NCBI GenBank assembly: GCA_043228905.1
Contig: JBHGNT010000022.1
Location: forward strand, 8,990,001 to 9,054,000
Length of the DNA: 64,000 nt
Direction of reading: 5' to 3'
From: Azolla caroliniana
Taxonomy: Eukaryota; Plantae; Polypodiophyta
The notes beneath the pieces are model-generated. The model was not told where the DNA came from. It saw only the letters and a program-made list of their open reading frames with translations, and did not search any database. Shown piece by piece: positions 1 through 13,403 of this stretch (position 1 is its first letter; the number at the start of each line of letters is the position of its first letter). The position numbers and the translations under genes were made by a program.

Positions 1-299
1 GCATGGACTGTGTAAAATTGATTATTTATGCTCTATCTATGGTCTTGTCCTCCTCGAGCTGGACGCGTGAGAACATTTCCAGCCTATCAAGAAACAGTTC
101 GAAGTAAGAAAGTCAGATTTGTGTGGAGTGGGGTCTACCATGGTTTATCTTCTATTTCCTGCAGTCCTCTAGGCTGGGACTGTTGAGGAATAGTCTCAAC
201 TCTCTGAATGTACACGAGTTACATTCATTTTAGAGCATAATATGGAGTTACACACACACTCTCTCTCTCCCGCTATGTCGGAAGTAAAACTTATCATGT

Positions 300-1720
300 A
301 TTTTCTCTGTCTCATTTCAAGATTGTTCAAAATACTTCCCTTCCATACCATGACTCTTTATAAAATGCTTTGAACTGTCCATATGGAAAAATGCATAGCC
401 CTGGTTTCAACTGTCCATATGGATAAATACATAGCCCTACTTTGAACTGTCCATATGACTCCTTTATGTGGTACCATGGTTTTTCATGTTCTTGACTGCA
501 TAATACTACTTAGGGATACCTGCTTCCAATCTGTGTTGAGGCTTTTTTCCAAGTGTGGCTACTTGGAATATTGATTCCCAAGTATTTAAATTTGTCTACT
601 ACCTCAAGAGCATGGCTATGTTTATGGAGTGTGCTGTTTATTGGGTTTATTAGGGCCAATAATGATCATATTGGTTTTGCCTGCATTTGTGGTCAGTCCA
701 CAATACTCAGAGAAACTGTTTATAACATCGAGTAGTTTGTTATGTTTGTGATGTGGTAAGTCAATTATACAACATCATCTGCATAAATCAATAATAAGAT
801 TGTAAAAAAATCCAATTGTTTGTTTTTGCATGTATTCTCCTCATGCCCCATTTTGATATTGTTTTACACCCATGTTACTCATGAATTCCTTGAAGGAATC
901 TCTTGCTGGTTTTTAGCCTACATCTCACAGTCCCGTGGAGTTGGGCTATCATCGCTCTCATGTGGAGTGGTCTCCTAGACATTCTATTCTAGTTCATAGT
1001 CGCTTGGTAAGCTGCGACAACATTTTAAAATCTACAAAGCAACAATATAGTGTTTGGCCTTTTAAAATATCTCTTAGTGGGGAAATTTCTTGACTGCGTA
1101 ATTTCATTTGGCTTGTTCCAGATGCCAAGGAAGTTCATTATATATAAGATTCTGGCTGCATCAGAGGATACATGATACCATTTCTCTGGACATAGCATGA
1201 TCCTCAATTGTTTTTAGTGGACATTGATGTTGTACATCATTCTATGAGAGCTTCCGTGGGGTGATTCATTCACATTTACGAAAGTGAACTTTGTTCCAAG
1301 AATGCAGAGGTTCGAGGCATAATGCAATGAAGAAGAGAGCTCATTGCATTTTTCAAAGATCATTTCTCAATGCGTAAACTTGGAGTGTATGGGTTTATTA
1401 GGTTGGTAAAAACACAGGGGAGTTTGTAGAATACTTGATATGTCGAAAAGGGCCGTAAACTTGGATCCGACCTGCATTCATTTAAAGGAACTGCCAGTGT
1501 AGCCTGCCATCTGGATATACGAAATCTAAGGAATTCCATTCTGTCAAATAATGAAATATGATCCGTGGGAACACCAAAATTACTAAATTGCTTTGCTAAA
1601 AGTGCTGGTCCGAGTGATATACATGGAAAATATTTCTTGGAACTAGATAGACTTGATCCTTTCAAAAGTCTATGTGAAGACACAACTACTGTAACGCAAG
1701 AACCAGAGGTATACAACCCC
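300..1720 (-). mobile_element. Degenerate non-LTR retrotransposon (LINE) ORF2 remnant
   Basis: Minus strand reads ILLLIYADDVV (769-800, RT catalytic YADD) and ALEVVDKFKYLGINI (about 569-612, RT thumb KYLG). A weak endonuclease-like ending ...FGVPTDHISL lies in ORF 1360..1722. Many stops and frameshifts; boundaries approximate. Confidence 0.6.
370..458. repeat. Short tandem repeat, about 36-bp unit x2.5 (tgaactgtccatatgga...atagccct)
   Basis: aactgtccatatg occurs three times at about 36-bp spacing. Confidence 0.7.
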
Positions 1721-3684
1721 AACCAAGTTGAATCGTCTCACTGTAAAAGCGAAGCCCATTCTAACCCACAACTGTGTACAGAGGTAAACTGGCCAACCAT
1801 CTCTCCTTTCAGGGAAGGGCAAGATTAATCATACTAAATGGCTCACATGATCTCTGTAATAGTGAGTGTGCAATATGACCACTGGTCTCCAGAGACACAG
1901 TGCTATCTAAAAGGGAAAGGCTTTTGTCAGTTGAGCTCCATAGGAGATTGGATATGCATCTCAGATCGGGTTGTATGTATCCTGTTTGTGTAATAAGGTC
2001 TCCCAGATAATCACTGTTCTGTTGTATGCAAAAGCTATTACATCTTCACATAAATCAGTAAATGGGTCAAGTCCATCCAGTGCCTGTTTTACATATAGGA
2101 TGGATAGTTCATGTAGAATGACGTTTACAATATCTAAACATATTGCTTATTGGGCTTGTGTGGCCTTTGTGAACGTTTATTCTTTTTTCTCGTTCATTAT
2201 AATAAAGGCATACAGTGTCCCCTTGTCTACGCATTCCTTTGCATGGTAGCCATAGGGAGCAGGTGCCATATTGTCATATGGTAGTAGTCTAAATCTACTA
2301 TGTTCCTATATCTCCACAAGGAAGATGGTATCTACATCTTTGTGTACATCGGTTAGTTCAGACTCTTTATGCATGTGTCGTGTGGCAAGTTCAGAAAAGC
2401 ATCTTCATACATGTGCTCACATGGTGCATGTTTCCTTATTTGTTAAGAGAGGGGGAGAGAGCTAACTCAAAAATACCTAGGAAACTAGAAAAAGAATAAA
2501 CTAACTCGATGCTATCAAGAATTGAGAATGAATAATGAGACCCAAAAATGTTAGCACCATGTGGTCATACTATCTGTCTTAAAAAGATGATCGACCAGCT
2601 ATGGAACTTTTTCTATGGTCTAGGTGTTTCCTGAAAAGAGGTAGTAAAAGTTCCAGTGGATTTGTTATTGATCCCATCACCTTCTTACACCTCCACAAAA
2701 TCATAGTTAATTAGTTTATCAAGGGTTTGGTGATAGTTTTTAGTCAAAGGTAATGGGCGTGCTAATGAAACAAAGTATGAGTTAAATTAGTAAAACTAAA
2801 GAAGTGTAATAGAGATAAGGTTAGGTGGAACAAGATAAGAGACGAGGAAGTGAGATGAAACTAATGAGATAGAGCACCTTTCTGTAGGCTAGAATGTGGC
2901 AGCCATTGGCTCTTTGCACTTCTCCACACTAGGATATTCTGTTCCAATGGGAATCTAAATGTCGGATATATGCCTGGTAAATGAAACCCACAAGCCACAA
3001 ATTGCTTGTGGTATCTGTTTGGATCTAATAAACAATTAGAGAAATAATGAGATCAAGTAAATGGGATAATTGAAATGGATGGGTAACTTTTGGCATCCGT
3101 TGTGATAGCAAGTATATAAACGTTCCAGGTGTTATTTATAATTATTGGAGACTTATGATAGACATAGTAAGGGCACCAGATGCTGCAAAACTCTATTATA
3201 AAGTCTTTAGTACATATTGTGAAACTCGATGATAAAATTTTTGATGGACATTAAAAGATGCTTATGCAATAGATCAAAAACGAGTTTGCTTTCTGTTAAA
3301 TATTGTCTGATGTGATGAAATGATTGAATGATATGTTTAAATAATGCTCATCGGCATTTTTTCCCAAAAGAAAAGTGTATTACTATGTGTGTGTATATAT
3401 TATTTGGCTCTAATTTCTTAAGAACTGTCCCATACAATTATAAGTTTTCATCTCAAGAATATTACTATGTTTTCTGGGTGGTTCAGCTCATTTTCTATTA
3501 GAACTCTTCAGTTTTTGTTCTTGTTTTTTCTATTGATTGTTATATGATATATCTGTATTTTCACTTCAATGCTAAGAGTTCTGTAAGTCTTATCTTTTTC
3601 AGGAAGAATAACTGCTTATTGATCTTCAGCAAACTTTTGGAGAAGACATTTTAGACTTACATTAATAGTTGATTTCCTTGTAAG

Positions 3685-4152
3685 ATGGTAAGAAAAAACA
3701 TATAAAGTAGTTCAAAGTCATTTGCATATCTGGCTCTAGTCATAGACTCATCGAGTGTATATTTTTTTCTTTTGTTTACAGTTATTTTTTTCCTACTTCA
3801 AAGAGTTGGTGGGAAAAGAGGTTACGGTAGAATTGAAGAATGATCTGGCCATTAGGGGAACATTGCATTCAGTCGATCAGTATTTGAATATCAAGCTTGA
3901 GAACACAAGAGTGGTCGATGAAGCAAATTATCCTCATATGGTAAGTAATCATTTATATTCTTTCTTGCATAATTTACTATCTGCACCAGGTTTTGATACC
4001 TTCCGAACTAACATATATAGTTTGCATTTCAGCTTTCAGTAAAAAACTGCTTCATTCGAGGTTCAGTTGTTCGATATGTTCAACTTCCGCCCGACGGTGT
4101 AGATATTGAAATTTTACATGATGCAACACGCCGTGAAGCACGTGGAGAATAG
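3685..4152 (+). CDS. LSM2: U6 snRNA-associated Sm-like protein LSm2; join(3685..3687,3782..3940,4033..4152), 93 aa
   Basis: Spliced translation M|LFFSYFKELVGKEVTVELKNDLAIRGTLHSVDQYLNIKLENTRVVDEANYPHM|LSVKNCFIRGSVVRYVQLPPDGVDIEILHDATRREARGE* matches plant LSm2. Both introns are GT-AG; stop TAG at 4150-4152. Confidence 0.96.
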
Positions 4153-4626
4153 AGCTTATCCACTCACATGTTTTCTTCTTGTATTCTGCTTCTATGAATA
4201 TGATGATTTTAGATAGAGTTGTAGTGTTATCACTTGTATACAATGCTTTCATGAATCTTTGGATTAGTATTTTCTTGTGAGATTCTCCATGGTACTGGTG
4301 TGCAATGTTATACCATTGTTGTAAGAACTATTTGAACTTCTCTAGCCACGTGTGTGGTTCATGGTCATAGGAAAAGATGCATCAGCTCTAAACTGAGCTG
4401 AGGTGTATTGCCATCTTATGGTGGATTAATTTCATGAACATTGGTATAATTGTATATGGCTGAGAAATTCTATTTATGTATGCATACGAAAACGCACATG
4501 AATATGTATCCATTGTTATCTTCATGGATTAGGGTTATACACAACATACTGATGTATACATATATGCATACATGCATACATACTTAATAAGTGTAAGTAC
4601 AACATAGGATGTGTGTATCATGTATG

Positions 4627-5552
4627 TGAGCATCTATACAACATGCATATAGTCATGTCTATATGTAGATGCGTAAATATATGTGAATGTAGTTGTAAAT
4701 AATATATGTATTTCTTACAGATCCATTCATTGGTCTAGAAAAATATCCTAAAAATTGAGGTAGCCTTTTTTGGCATTTTTAGCCACCAAGATGGCTGTTC
4801 CCTCGGCCACTGATCTCTTTAGTTATAAATTATAATATATAATTATAAACACATCATAGTGATGTGTGTAGTTTAAACATACTAGTTTACACATGTGTGT
4901 ACAATTAACATTGGTTGTCATTTATTCATTCACCAAATTACAGATTTGAAAGTGCACACTTAGTCACGTCTACATATAAATACATACACATAGGTGTGTG
5001 TTTGTAGTGTAAACATATACTTTTAAACTCACACTTACGTACATATGTATGAATGTATACATCCATAAATATAATTAACATTGATTGTTGAGCATCTATA
5101 CAACATGCATATAGTCATGTCTATATGTAGATGCGTAAATATATGTGAATGTAGTTGTAAATAATATATGTATTTCTTACAGATCCATTCATTGGTCTAG
5201 AAAAATATCCTAGAAAATGAGGTAGCCTTTTTTGGCATTTTTAGCCACCAAGATGGCTGTTCCCTCGGCCACTGATCTCTTTAGTTATAAATTATAATAT
5301 ATAATTATAAACACATCATAGTGATGTGTGTAGTTTAAACATACTAGTTTACACATGTGTGTACAATTAACATTGGTTGTCATTTATTCATTCACCAAAT
5401 TACAGATTTGAAAGTGCACACTTAGTCACGTCTACATATAAATACATACACATAGGTGTGTGTTTGTAGTGTAAACATATACTTTTAAACTCACACTTAC
5501 GTACATATGTATGAATGTATACATCCATAAATATAATTAACATTGATTGTTG
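4627..5552. repeat. Direct tandem duplication, 462-bp unit x2
   Basis: 4627-5088 is repeated at 5089-5550 with about 2 substitutions (cctaaaaattgag vs cctagaaaatgag); 2-nt tg junction overlap. Confidence 0.93.
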
Positions 5553-6648
5553 TAGTCATTTACCAAATTATGGATTTGAAAATCGATAATCTTGGTAGTA
5601 CATTCATAAATATAATTAGCATTGATTGTCATAATCATTTACCAAATTATGGATTTGAAAGCAAATAATCTTGGTAGTACATATTATGAAATTAAACCGT
5701 GTGTTCTCTATGCAAGAATTTAAAAAGAAATATGATTTGGTTGAGAACCAAAAGAGCATAAAAATCATTCTCCTTATAATCATGATAGGTAGGGTACATG
5801 AGAAGATAGAACAAACACATGCAAAATCTAGGAGCATGGCCACGGCCCACAATCATTTGAATGATTGACATGGAAGTGTTCAATTTGTCCTTTGTTGGGC
5901 TTTGTGAGTTTTCTTGAGTTCAATATGTCCTTTGTTTATGTTTGTGGGCCACAATTGATTGCATGGTTCCTTTGAGGAGGTGGGTTTGGCCTAGGAACTT
6001 TGAGATGATTCCTTATGTTGTTGACATGTCCTTGTTGGGTTCTTGTTAAAATGTGCATGTATTGTAACGTGGGACTATCTACACATCCTTGTTGGCCTTC
6101 ATTGAAATGATCGGACTTGTTGAAGCTTGCCATTTACAAATCGTTCACATTGGCACCAAGTTTTGCCTTCACTTCATTTCACATTGTCAAGCGTGTATGT
6201 CAACTCTTGTAAACCCTAAGTTGATTTATGGGTACATCCAATCGTGGACGCACTGATTCCTTCTCATGTGTTGTTGGAGATATTTCTTGACTCAATGCGT
6301 ACATGCACGAAGGTAGAGAGAGGTTTTGATGTAGTGGATTGTAGGGAGGGGATGAGGTCTTGTTGGGGGGCATTTGAAAATCCCTCCTCCAAAATGATTC
6401 TGAATTATAAGGAGGATAATAGTATAATGTATGATGAAGTGAATGATTAATATTTTTCTCGAAAACCCATGATCATTGTGTCGAGTAACCTGCAAAATTA
6501 GGCGTTGCATTGTAAGGGCTTCAGAAATAGACAAACATGAGAGGAGGGCAAGAGAAGGGAACAATGTGGCTAGTGTAAATGATTTTGTGGACAAAGAGGT
6601 TGTGCAAGAAGGGACTCGGGAGTACAAAAGTAGGTCAAAGAAGGCAAG

Positions 6649-7051
6649 TATAAAAATAGTGTGCGGAAGCTTGTAAACATAACCGGTTCTGCTGGATAGC
6701 AACAGAAAACAAAATGAAGGTTTAATGGAAGCTTGAAACACATAGAGAGTACACAAGAGAGATAGAGAGAGAGTGAGCAGAACACAAAACTCTATTTCAA
6801 AAAACACTCAGTAAACTCTGTACATCGAATGTGCTCAGAGAGCACTTTTATAGAAGTCCTTAAAAGGACTGACGATGTACTTCAATGCTCATACTGAGCT
6901 ACTTGCACTAACTCATAGGAACATAACTTCCTAGTAGACTAGGAATGTAGGCCTCCAACAGCCTACTAGTTCCCATATGGATCCAGCTCTCCGAGTTCGG
7001 CTCTCGGCTTGTTCAACCCATCCGGCCCACGTTGAGCTTGCTTGCTCAACA
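6649..7051 (-). repeat. 3' LTR of old copia
   Basis: Aligns by eye with 21481-21916; ends tcaaca next to the PPT ctccctctcaa. Confidence 0.85.
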
Positions 7052-7589
7052 CTCCCTCTCAACCTCAACCTGAGGTCGGTCCGTTGTGTCCGTTGTTGCC
7101 GGTCCTTGCTTCTGGCTTCTCCAGGCGTCGTCACGCTTCGCTCGCGCTCCTCGACCCATCTGGTCCCGCTTTCCTCGACCCGTTCGGTTCCCCTCACCTC
7201 GACCTTCACAGTTGGCTTGTCTGCTCATCAAGCCCATCTCAGCTCCTTCGTTGTTATGACTTCGATGCTTCTCGACTTGTTGGCTCCTCTGTGTCAGTGT
7301 CAACGTCTGTTGCGTTCTCGTCCGTTTGGCCTACTCTTGATTCAGCTCATCCGAATCAAACCATTCAATTGAATCGGTTGCCTCCGATTCGTTTCCACTT
7401 TTGTCCGAATTGGCTGTCTCCAATTTTTTTCTTCAATGTTAAGGCCCTTCACCACATCAGACCACATCCGGGTCTTGGCCTTCGTCTTCCGGTCGTCTCT
7501 GTCGCCATTGCTGCTTGTTCCAACATTATCGAATGTGTTGACTTCTTCAATCGACTCAGCTTCCTTTTTCTTCTTGCCTCCCCTTGTTT

Positions 7590-8624
7590 CGGTTCTCCTC
7601 CTCAAGTGCGGCATGTCAAGATGTTGTAACCCAAGCATCTCCGAAAAATGTTGCAACTTGTCGGCAACATGTTGATCAGTTCGAACATACCGGAGTTCGA
7701 CTTCACCGCTCATGACCCGCTCGCGCACAAAGTGATAGTACACTTCTATGTGCTTTGTGTGAGCATGGAATATGGGGTTCTTGGCGAGCTGCATGCTACT
7801 GATATTGTTGCAATAGATCGGGATCAAAGTCGGTACTTCGATACGGAGGTCTTGCAGCAGTCGCCGAAGCCAGATGGCTTCACAGGTCGCAACGGTGGCT
7901 CCTCGGTACTCAACCTCAGTGCTCGACAAAGCCATTGTCGGTTGCTTCTTGCTGCTCCACGCAATAGCCACACTACCAAGAGACAACATAAAGTCGGATG
8001 TTGACCGACGATCCAATGTATCACCATCCCAGTCAGCATATGTATAACCGACTAACTGTTTGGTTATACCATATCGGTACAACAGTCCCTGATCCTTAGT
8101 GTCACTCACATATCTCAGTAGTCTATGCACGCATTCAAGGTGCCTGACGCTCAATCGCTACATATGTTGACTAATCAATTCGACCGTATAGCTAATGTCG
8201 AGTCGGGTAATAGTATATATATTAGGTTTCCGACAATTTGTCGAAACCATTTCTCATTGCAGGCCGGTCTAGTTTCGGGACGCAACTTCAAATTCCAGTC
8301 TAGGGGTGTTCAGACCGGTCGACAATCTGTCATGCCGAACTTGAACAAGATATTCAACACATAATGGCGTTGGTTGATCAATATGCCTTCGGGGGTTCAG
8401 ATTACTTCGATCCCGAGCACATAATGAAGGTCCCCTAGATCCTTCATGTCGAATGATGCCACTAATTGGGACTTCCCATGACCAATTTCCTCTAGGTTAG
8501 TGCCGACAATGACTAAATCATCAACATAAAGTAAGAGACTTACCAGCCCATTCCGACCTTGTTGGACGAAGAGTAAAGAGTTCGACTTGGACGTAGCAAA
8601 CCCCATCTGATGCAAGCGTTGCGC
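7590..8624 (-). pseudogene. Copia RT C-terminus and RNase H (disrupted)
   Basis: LLLYVDDLVIVG, MKDLGDLHYVLGIEV, YADWDG..DRRSTS, WSSKKQPTMALSSTEVEY, NPIFHAHTKHIEVYYHFVRE; stops and frameshifts present. Confidence 0.92.
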
Positions 8625-10513
8625 TGTTGTGATGTGGCGTGCTCGAGAGTGGGAAAAATCGGCGAAAGGGGGGGTCAAAAATGTGCATGTGCAATGTGTG
8701 TGCACACAAAAGCAATTAATTGTGCATATGCAAAATAAAAAGGAAAAGAAAGGGTGAAAAGGAGGTATAGAAGCTCGTGCAAAAAGTAAGAGAGAGGAGA
8801 GATAAAAGGTAGAGGGGAGACATGCTATGAATTTATAGAGATAGAATTATATATTATATAAGAGAGAGTTAGTGGGCTAGTGGATAGTCACATTGACTAC
8901 TTGCTAGAGGTGCACGGTTTGAATTTGGACTTACAGTGCAACGTGATTTAAGGAATTTTATTCCTTTTTCATTGAAGACAAATTTGGCGACCCCACCTTC
9001 TTTTTTTCCTATAAAAGGAGGTCGAGAGGGGCTCATTCGGGAGGACGTTTTGGGAGGAGGAGACTATTGCCAATTTTCCTTCAAAACTCTTCATCTCCTT
9101 ATTCACCACTTCTCTTCATCTCATACCCCTTCATCCCCCCATCGCCATGTGCTCATCTTCTTCGCGTCAGCACTCGAAGTGCTCGTGAGCCCAAGCTTCG
9201 TTGGTTCAACGTTGCTCCACCTCGTTTGTCATTGTGAGCCCGTGTGCTCGCCGTTCGAGTGGTCGTGGTTCGTTGGGATTGGCATTTTGGTGGTGCTCGT
9301 GTGTTCATCTTCGTCGTGTTCGGATTTGCTTTTATCTCTAAGGCCATTTAATATTTATGTTTTGATTGAGCTTGTGGTTAACTATAAGTTGCCATTGTAA
9401 ACAAAACCCTATTTTATAAAGGGTCCTCTTGCGTTGGAATCGAACACGTATTTATCTCTTTGGTCGATATCATTCGTGTTTCTTTCTCTCCTTTTTTCTT
9501 TATTCGTGTCTTCCTTGTACGTTCGGTCGTCTTGTGACGAGGGGACCGTTTGGGCTTGCCCATGCACCTCTCCTCCTCATAAAGGCGTACGAGCATTTTG
9601 TGTGTGTGTTTGTGTTTTCCTTGTACGTTCAGCCATCTTGTGACGAGGGGACCGTTCGGGCTTGCCCATGCACCTCTCCTCCTCATAAAGGCGTACGAGC
9701 ATTTGTGTCTGTGTTTGTGTCTTCCTTGTACATTCGGTTGTCTTGTGACGAGGGAGTGTTTCGGGCGTGCCCATGCACCTCTCCTCCTCATAAGGATGTA
9801 CAAGCATTTTGTGTGTGTGTTTGTGTCTTCCTTGTACGTTCGACTGTCTCGTGACAAGGGACCGTTTCGGGCTTGCCCATGCACCTCTCCTCCTTATAAA
9901 GGCGTACGAGCATTTTGTGTGTGTGTTTGTGTCTTCCTTGTACGTTCGGTCGTCTTGTGACGAGGGAGCGTTCGGGCTTGCCCATGCACCTCTCCTCCTC
10001 ATAAAGGTGTACAAGCATTTTGTGCGTGTGTTTGTGTCTTCCTTGTACGTTCGGCCGTCTCGTGACGAGGGAGCGTTCGGGCTTGCCCATGCACCTCTCC
10101 TCCTCATAAAGGCGTATGAGCATTTGTGCATGTGTTTTGTGTCTTCCTCGTACATTTGACTTCTTGTGACGAGGGAGCGTTCGGGTGTGCCCATGCACCT
10201 CTCCTCCTCATAAAGACGTATGACATTCGTGTTTGTGTTATCGTCCCCTTGTGCATTCATGTTGCGTGCTCATCTTGCTTGTACCCGTTTGGTCACTTGG
10301 TTCGTGTGGTGATCTCGGAAGGTCGACAAGTCATGATCAACAAGAGCCACCGGCCTCATAAAACAAAGGGCAACGAGACCTTGCTCGGGAAGGGGTCGGG
10401 AAGTAGTATTGTCGTAAAGCAAACCTCGGGTCTTCTCTATCCCTTCAGTACTCCCTAGTCCAAGACCCCCGTGGTCCCGCCCAAGTAACACACGTGCGCG
10501 AAACTTCGCGACA
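8625..10513 (+). mobile_element. Solo LTR (about 1.9 kb, probably Ty3/gypsy-type) inserted in the copia RT
   Basis: Termini TGTTGTGA...TCGCGACA are an inverted repeat with C>T decay. Flanks gcgc/gcgt (4-bp TSD with one mismatch). The copia frame WNAKIT|QRLHQMG is split exactly here. TATA-like cctataaaagg near 9008. Confidence 0.8.
9505..10240. repeat. Tandem array, 105-106 bp unit, about 7 copies, inside the solo LTR
   Basis: cct(t/c)gtac anchor at 9513, 9619, 9724, 9830, 9936, 10041 and 10146; each unit contains gcccatgcacctctcctcc. Confidence 0.95.
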
Positions 10514-12484
10514 GCGTGATCTTCGCGTTCCAAGCATGCGAGGCTTGCTTTAATCTATAAAGGGACTTCTTAAGTCAGCATACAACCGACGTATTCAATT
10601 TGGACTGAAATCCGGGTGATTGCACCATGTATACCTGTTCCTCAAATTCTCCTTGCAAGAATGCGTTCTTCACATCCATCTAGTGCAAATGTCAACCCTT
10701 TGTCGTGGTGACCGCAAGCAAAACACAGATGGTAGTCATTTTCGTGACCGACGCGAGCGTCTCATCATAATTGATGCCGTGTTGTGCATAGCCCTTCGCC
10801 ACTAGTCGGGCCTTGTATCAGTTGACCGAGCCGTCAGTGTTGTACGTGACCTTGTACACCCACCATCATCCGATCGATTTCACACCCTTGGGGGCGTCAA
10901 CCAAGTCCCAAGTCTCATTGTCCGTTAAAGCTCGCATCTCTTCCTCCATAGAAACACGTTGCTTTGCATCTTGTGCTACTTTTGTGTATCTCTTCGGCTC
11001 ACGCACTTCCGCCACTTTCTTCATGTATGCATAGTGATGCGCCATGTACCCGTTATAACCATACCGCTTCACGGGATTCTTTTGGGGGGTCGATCAGTAT
11101 ACCTTCTCATTTGCCGATTTTAGGGCCCTCTTGGCCAACTTGGACTTCGTCTCCGAAGGTTCGTCTTCATGCTTTCCGATGTCGGACTCGCTCAAATCTG
11201 ACTCTTCCTTGTTGATGTCATATTTCAGCATATTTGTCTTCCCTTTTTCCTTATGTGTGAACCATCTCCTCGGTTCCTTGCACGGGGAGTGCACGATTGA
11301 GTCCTCACCACTCGCCGACTCTTCATCTGACTCGTCGATTCGACTCATTCTCTCATTCTGCACACTCAACCAGAATGAGATCATACTCTCCTCCATAGTA
11401 CCACTATCTTCTTCTTCTTCCCTAATCATATCGGGTTCACTGGTCTCATCTTCGGTGATTGGGTGGTCGAAGTCGATAGAGAGTACCATGATGTCGACTC
11501 GTTGAATTCGACATCTCGGCTCACTTGAACTTCTTTTTTCCAGGGGTTATAGCACTTATACCCCTTCTGCTCATGTGAGTGGCTGACTAATATGCACTTC
11601 TCCCACTTCGAGCAATGCTGCTGGATATCCTCAGGTGTCGTAAGTTCAACTTACACTCAAAATACAACTCATGTGCTGACACCTTCTCCCCGATCCGATT
11701 TTCGATGTAAATTGTCGTCCATACCGCTTCAGCCCAGTAGGACTTCGACATGCTCTTCTCCCCCAACATTGCCCTTTTGCCTCCACAATCGACCGATTCT
11801 TCCGCTCGACTACGTCGTTTTGTTGCGGCGTATATGTGCACCTGAATTCCCTTCTACTGCAAAAAACTGTTGAATTGACTGGAAAAGAAGTATTCTTTTC
11901 CCCCATCTGACCATAGGCACTTTATCTTCTTCTCTGTTTCCCGTTCGACTAAACTTTGAAGGTTCTGGAAATAATCGAAGACTTCACTCGTCTTTTCAAT
12001 GAGGTAGATCCATGTGTGTCGGTTGTAGTCGTTGATGAAGGAGATGAATTATCGACTCCCACCAAGACTTACATTCTGTGTCAGTCCCCATACATTAATG
12101 TATCAAGTCGAGCTTGTTTCGGCTCTGATTTCACTCGTTCGGAAATGGAAGTCGGTGTTGCTTCCCAAGCCGGCAAGCTTCACAAATTTGGGCCTTTCGG
12201 CCACTAAATTTCGGTAATTTGAATACCACCTATTTCAATTGCAGATCTTAAAGCCTCTTATAGTTGACGTGGTCGATCCGCCTTGTGCCAAAGTCGATAT
12301 TTGACTCGACTTTCTGTCCTTTCACAAACAAAGAGATGCCAACGAAGTTGGTGTCGACGATGAACATCCTCCCGTCCCTACGCCCTTATGCAGTGATTTG
12401 GTCGTCTTCCTCGATGAAACACCTTAGATGTGTGAATCGAACTTGCATTCCTTGGTCGACAATCTGGCCGACCGACACCAGGTT
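10514..12484 (-). pseudogene. Copia integrase, linker and RT N-terminus remnants
   Basis: YTPQQNDVVERKNRSIVE, SYWAEAV, MEEEMRALTDNETWDLVDAPKG and NLVSVGQI; fragmented. Confidence 0.88.
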
Positions 12485-12782
12485 AGTGTTGGGCAAAGTC
12501 CCAGGAACAATGTCAAGGTTCCGGTTGAATTGGGACTTTTGCCAATCACCATGAGAGAGAACCAGAATCTAGTCGGTTCATATTTTATGAGCCGTCTATT
12601 TATATAGATTAGAAAAAGGTTTTGTATATTTATGTAAATATTTCTTTTCCCCCTCTTTTTCCCTATTCTTCCTTTTTTTTATTGTTCACAAATCATTGTT
12701 TTCCCTCTTCGTGTTGCTCGATGCTCCCTATCTATTCCATTCTTAGCATAGCGCTGCTCCATTATTTCTTCTTCGCGTCACA

Positions 12783-13280
12783 TTCTTCCATTTTTTGCTA
12801 CTCCTTCCTTGTTCTTTGCTCGCTCATTGTTGATTGCTCCTCCCTGCTTGGCTTGTTGCCACTTGCTCCTCCCTGCTTGCTCGTTGCCCATTGCTCCTCC
12901 TTGCTCACTTGTTGTTGGTTGATCCTCTCTGCTCACTTGTTGTCGATTGTGCCTCCCTGCTTGCTCGTTGCCCATTGCTCCTCCTTGCTCACTTGTTGTT
13001 GGTTGATCCTCTCTGCTCACTTGTTGTCAATTGTGCCTCCTTGCTCGCTCGCTGTTGATTGCCCCTCACGATTTCCAGCTCTTCCCGTCGCGTTCTTCCA
13101 TTTTTTGCTACTCCTTCCTTGTTCCTTGCTCGCTCATTGTTTATTGCTCCTCCATGCTTGCGCGTTGCCCATTGCTCCTCCTTGCTCACTTGTTGCTAGT
13201 TGATCCTCTCTGCTCGCTTGTTGTTGATTGTGCCTCCCTGCTCCCCCGTTGTTGATTGCCCCTCGCGATTTCCAGCTCTT
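12783..13280. repeat. Degenerate pyrimidine-rich tandem repeats (ttgctc/ctcc units; about 84-bp and 310-bp periods)
   Basis: ttcttccattttttgctactccttccttg at 12783 and 13093; internal duplication of the gcccattgctcctccttgctcacttgttg block. Confidence 0.75.
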
Positions 13281-13403
13281 CCCTCTTCCGCAGAACCATC
13301 ACCTTCACCCCTCTCGACACACACGTCAACGTCAATGTCAATACACAGAGAATCCTTCTCTCCCTCCCTCTCTCTCTCTCAGTCTGTTTCCTGCTCTTGT
13401 TTC

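Noticed and set aside
5600-6648. Short ORFs left of the old copia
   Set aside because: No identifiable homology from sequence alone.
9505-10240. Regular repeats resembling a CRISPR array, with overlapping repetitive ORFs
   Set aside because: Whole units repeat with no unique spacers, the context is a eukaryotic LTR, and the ORFs are by-products of the array.
12622-13255. Hydrophobic Leu/Cys-rich ORFs
   Set aside because: Translations of pyrimidine-rich tandem repeats.
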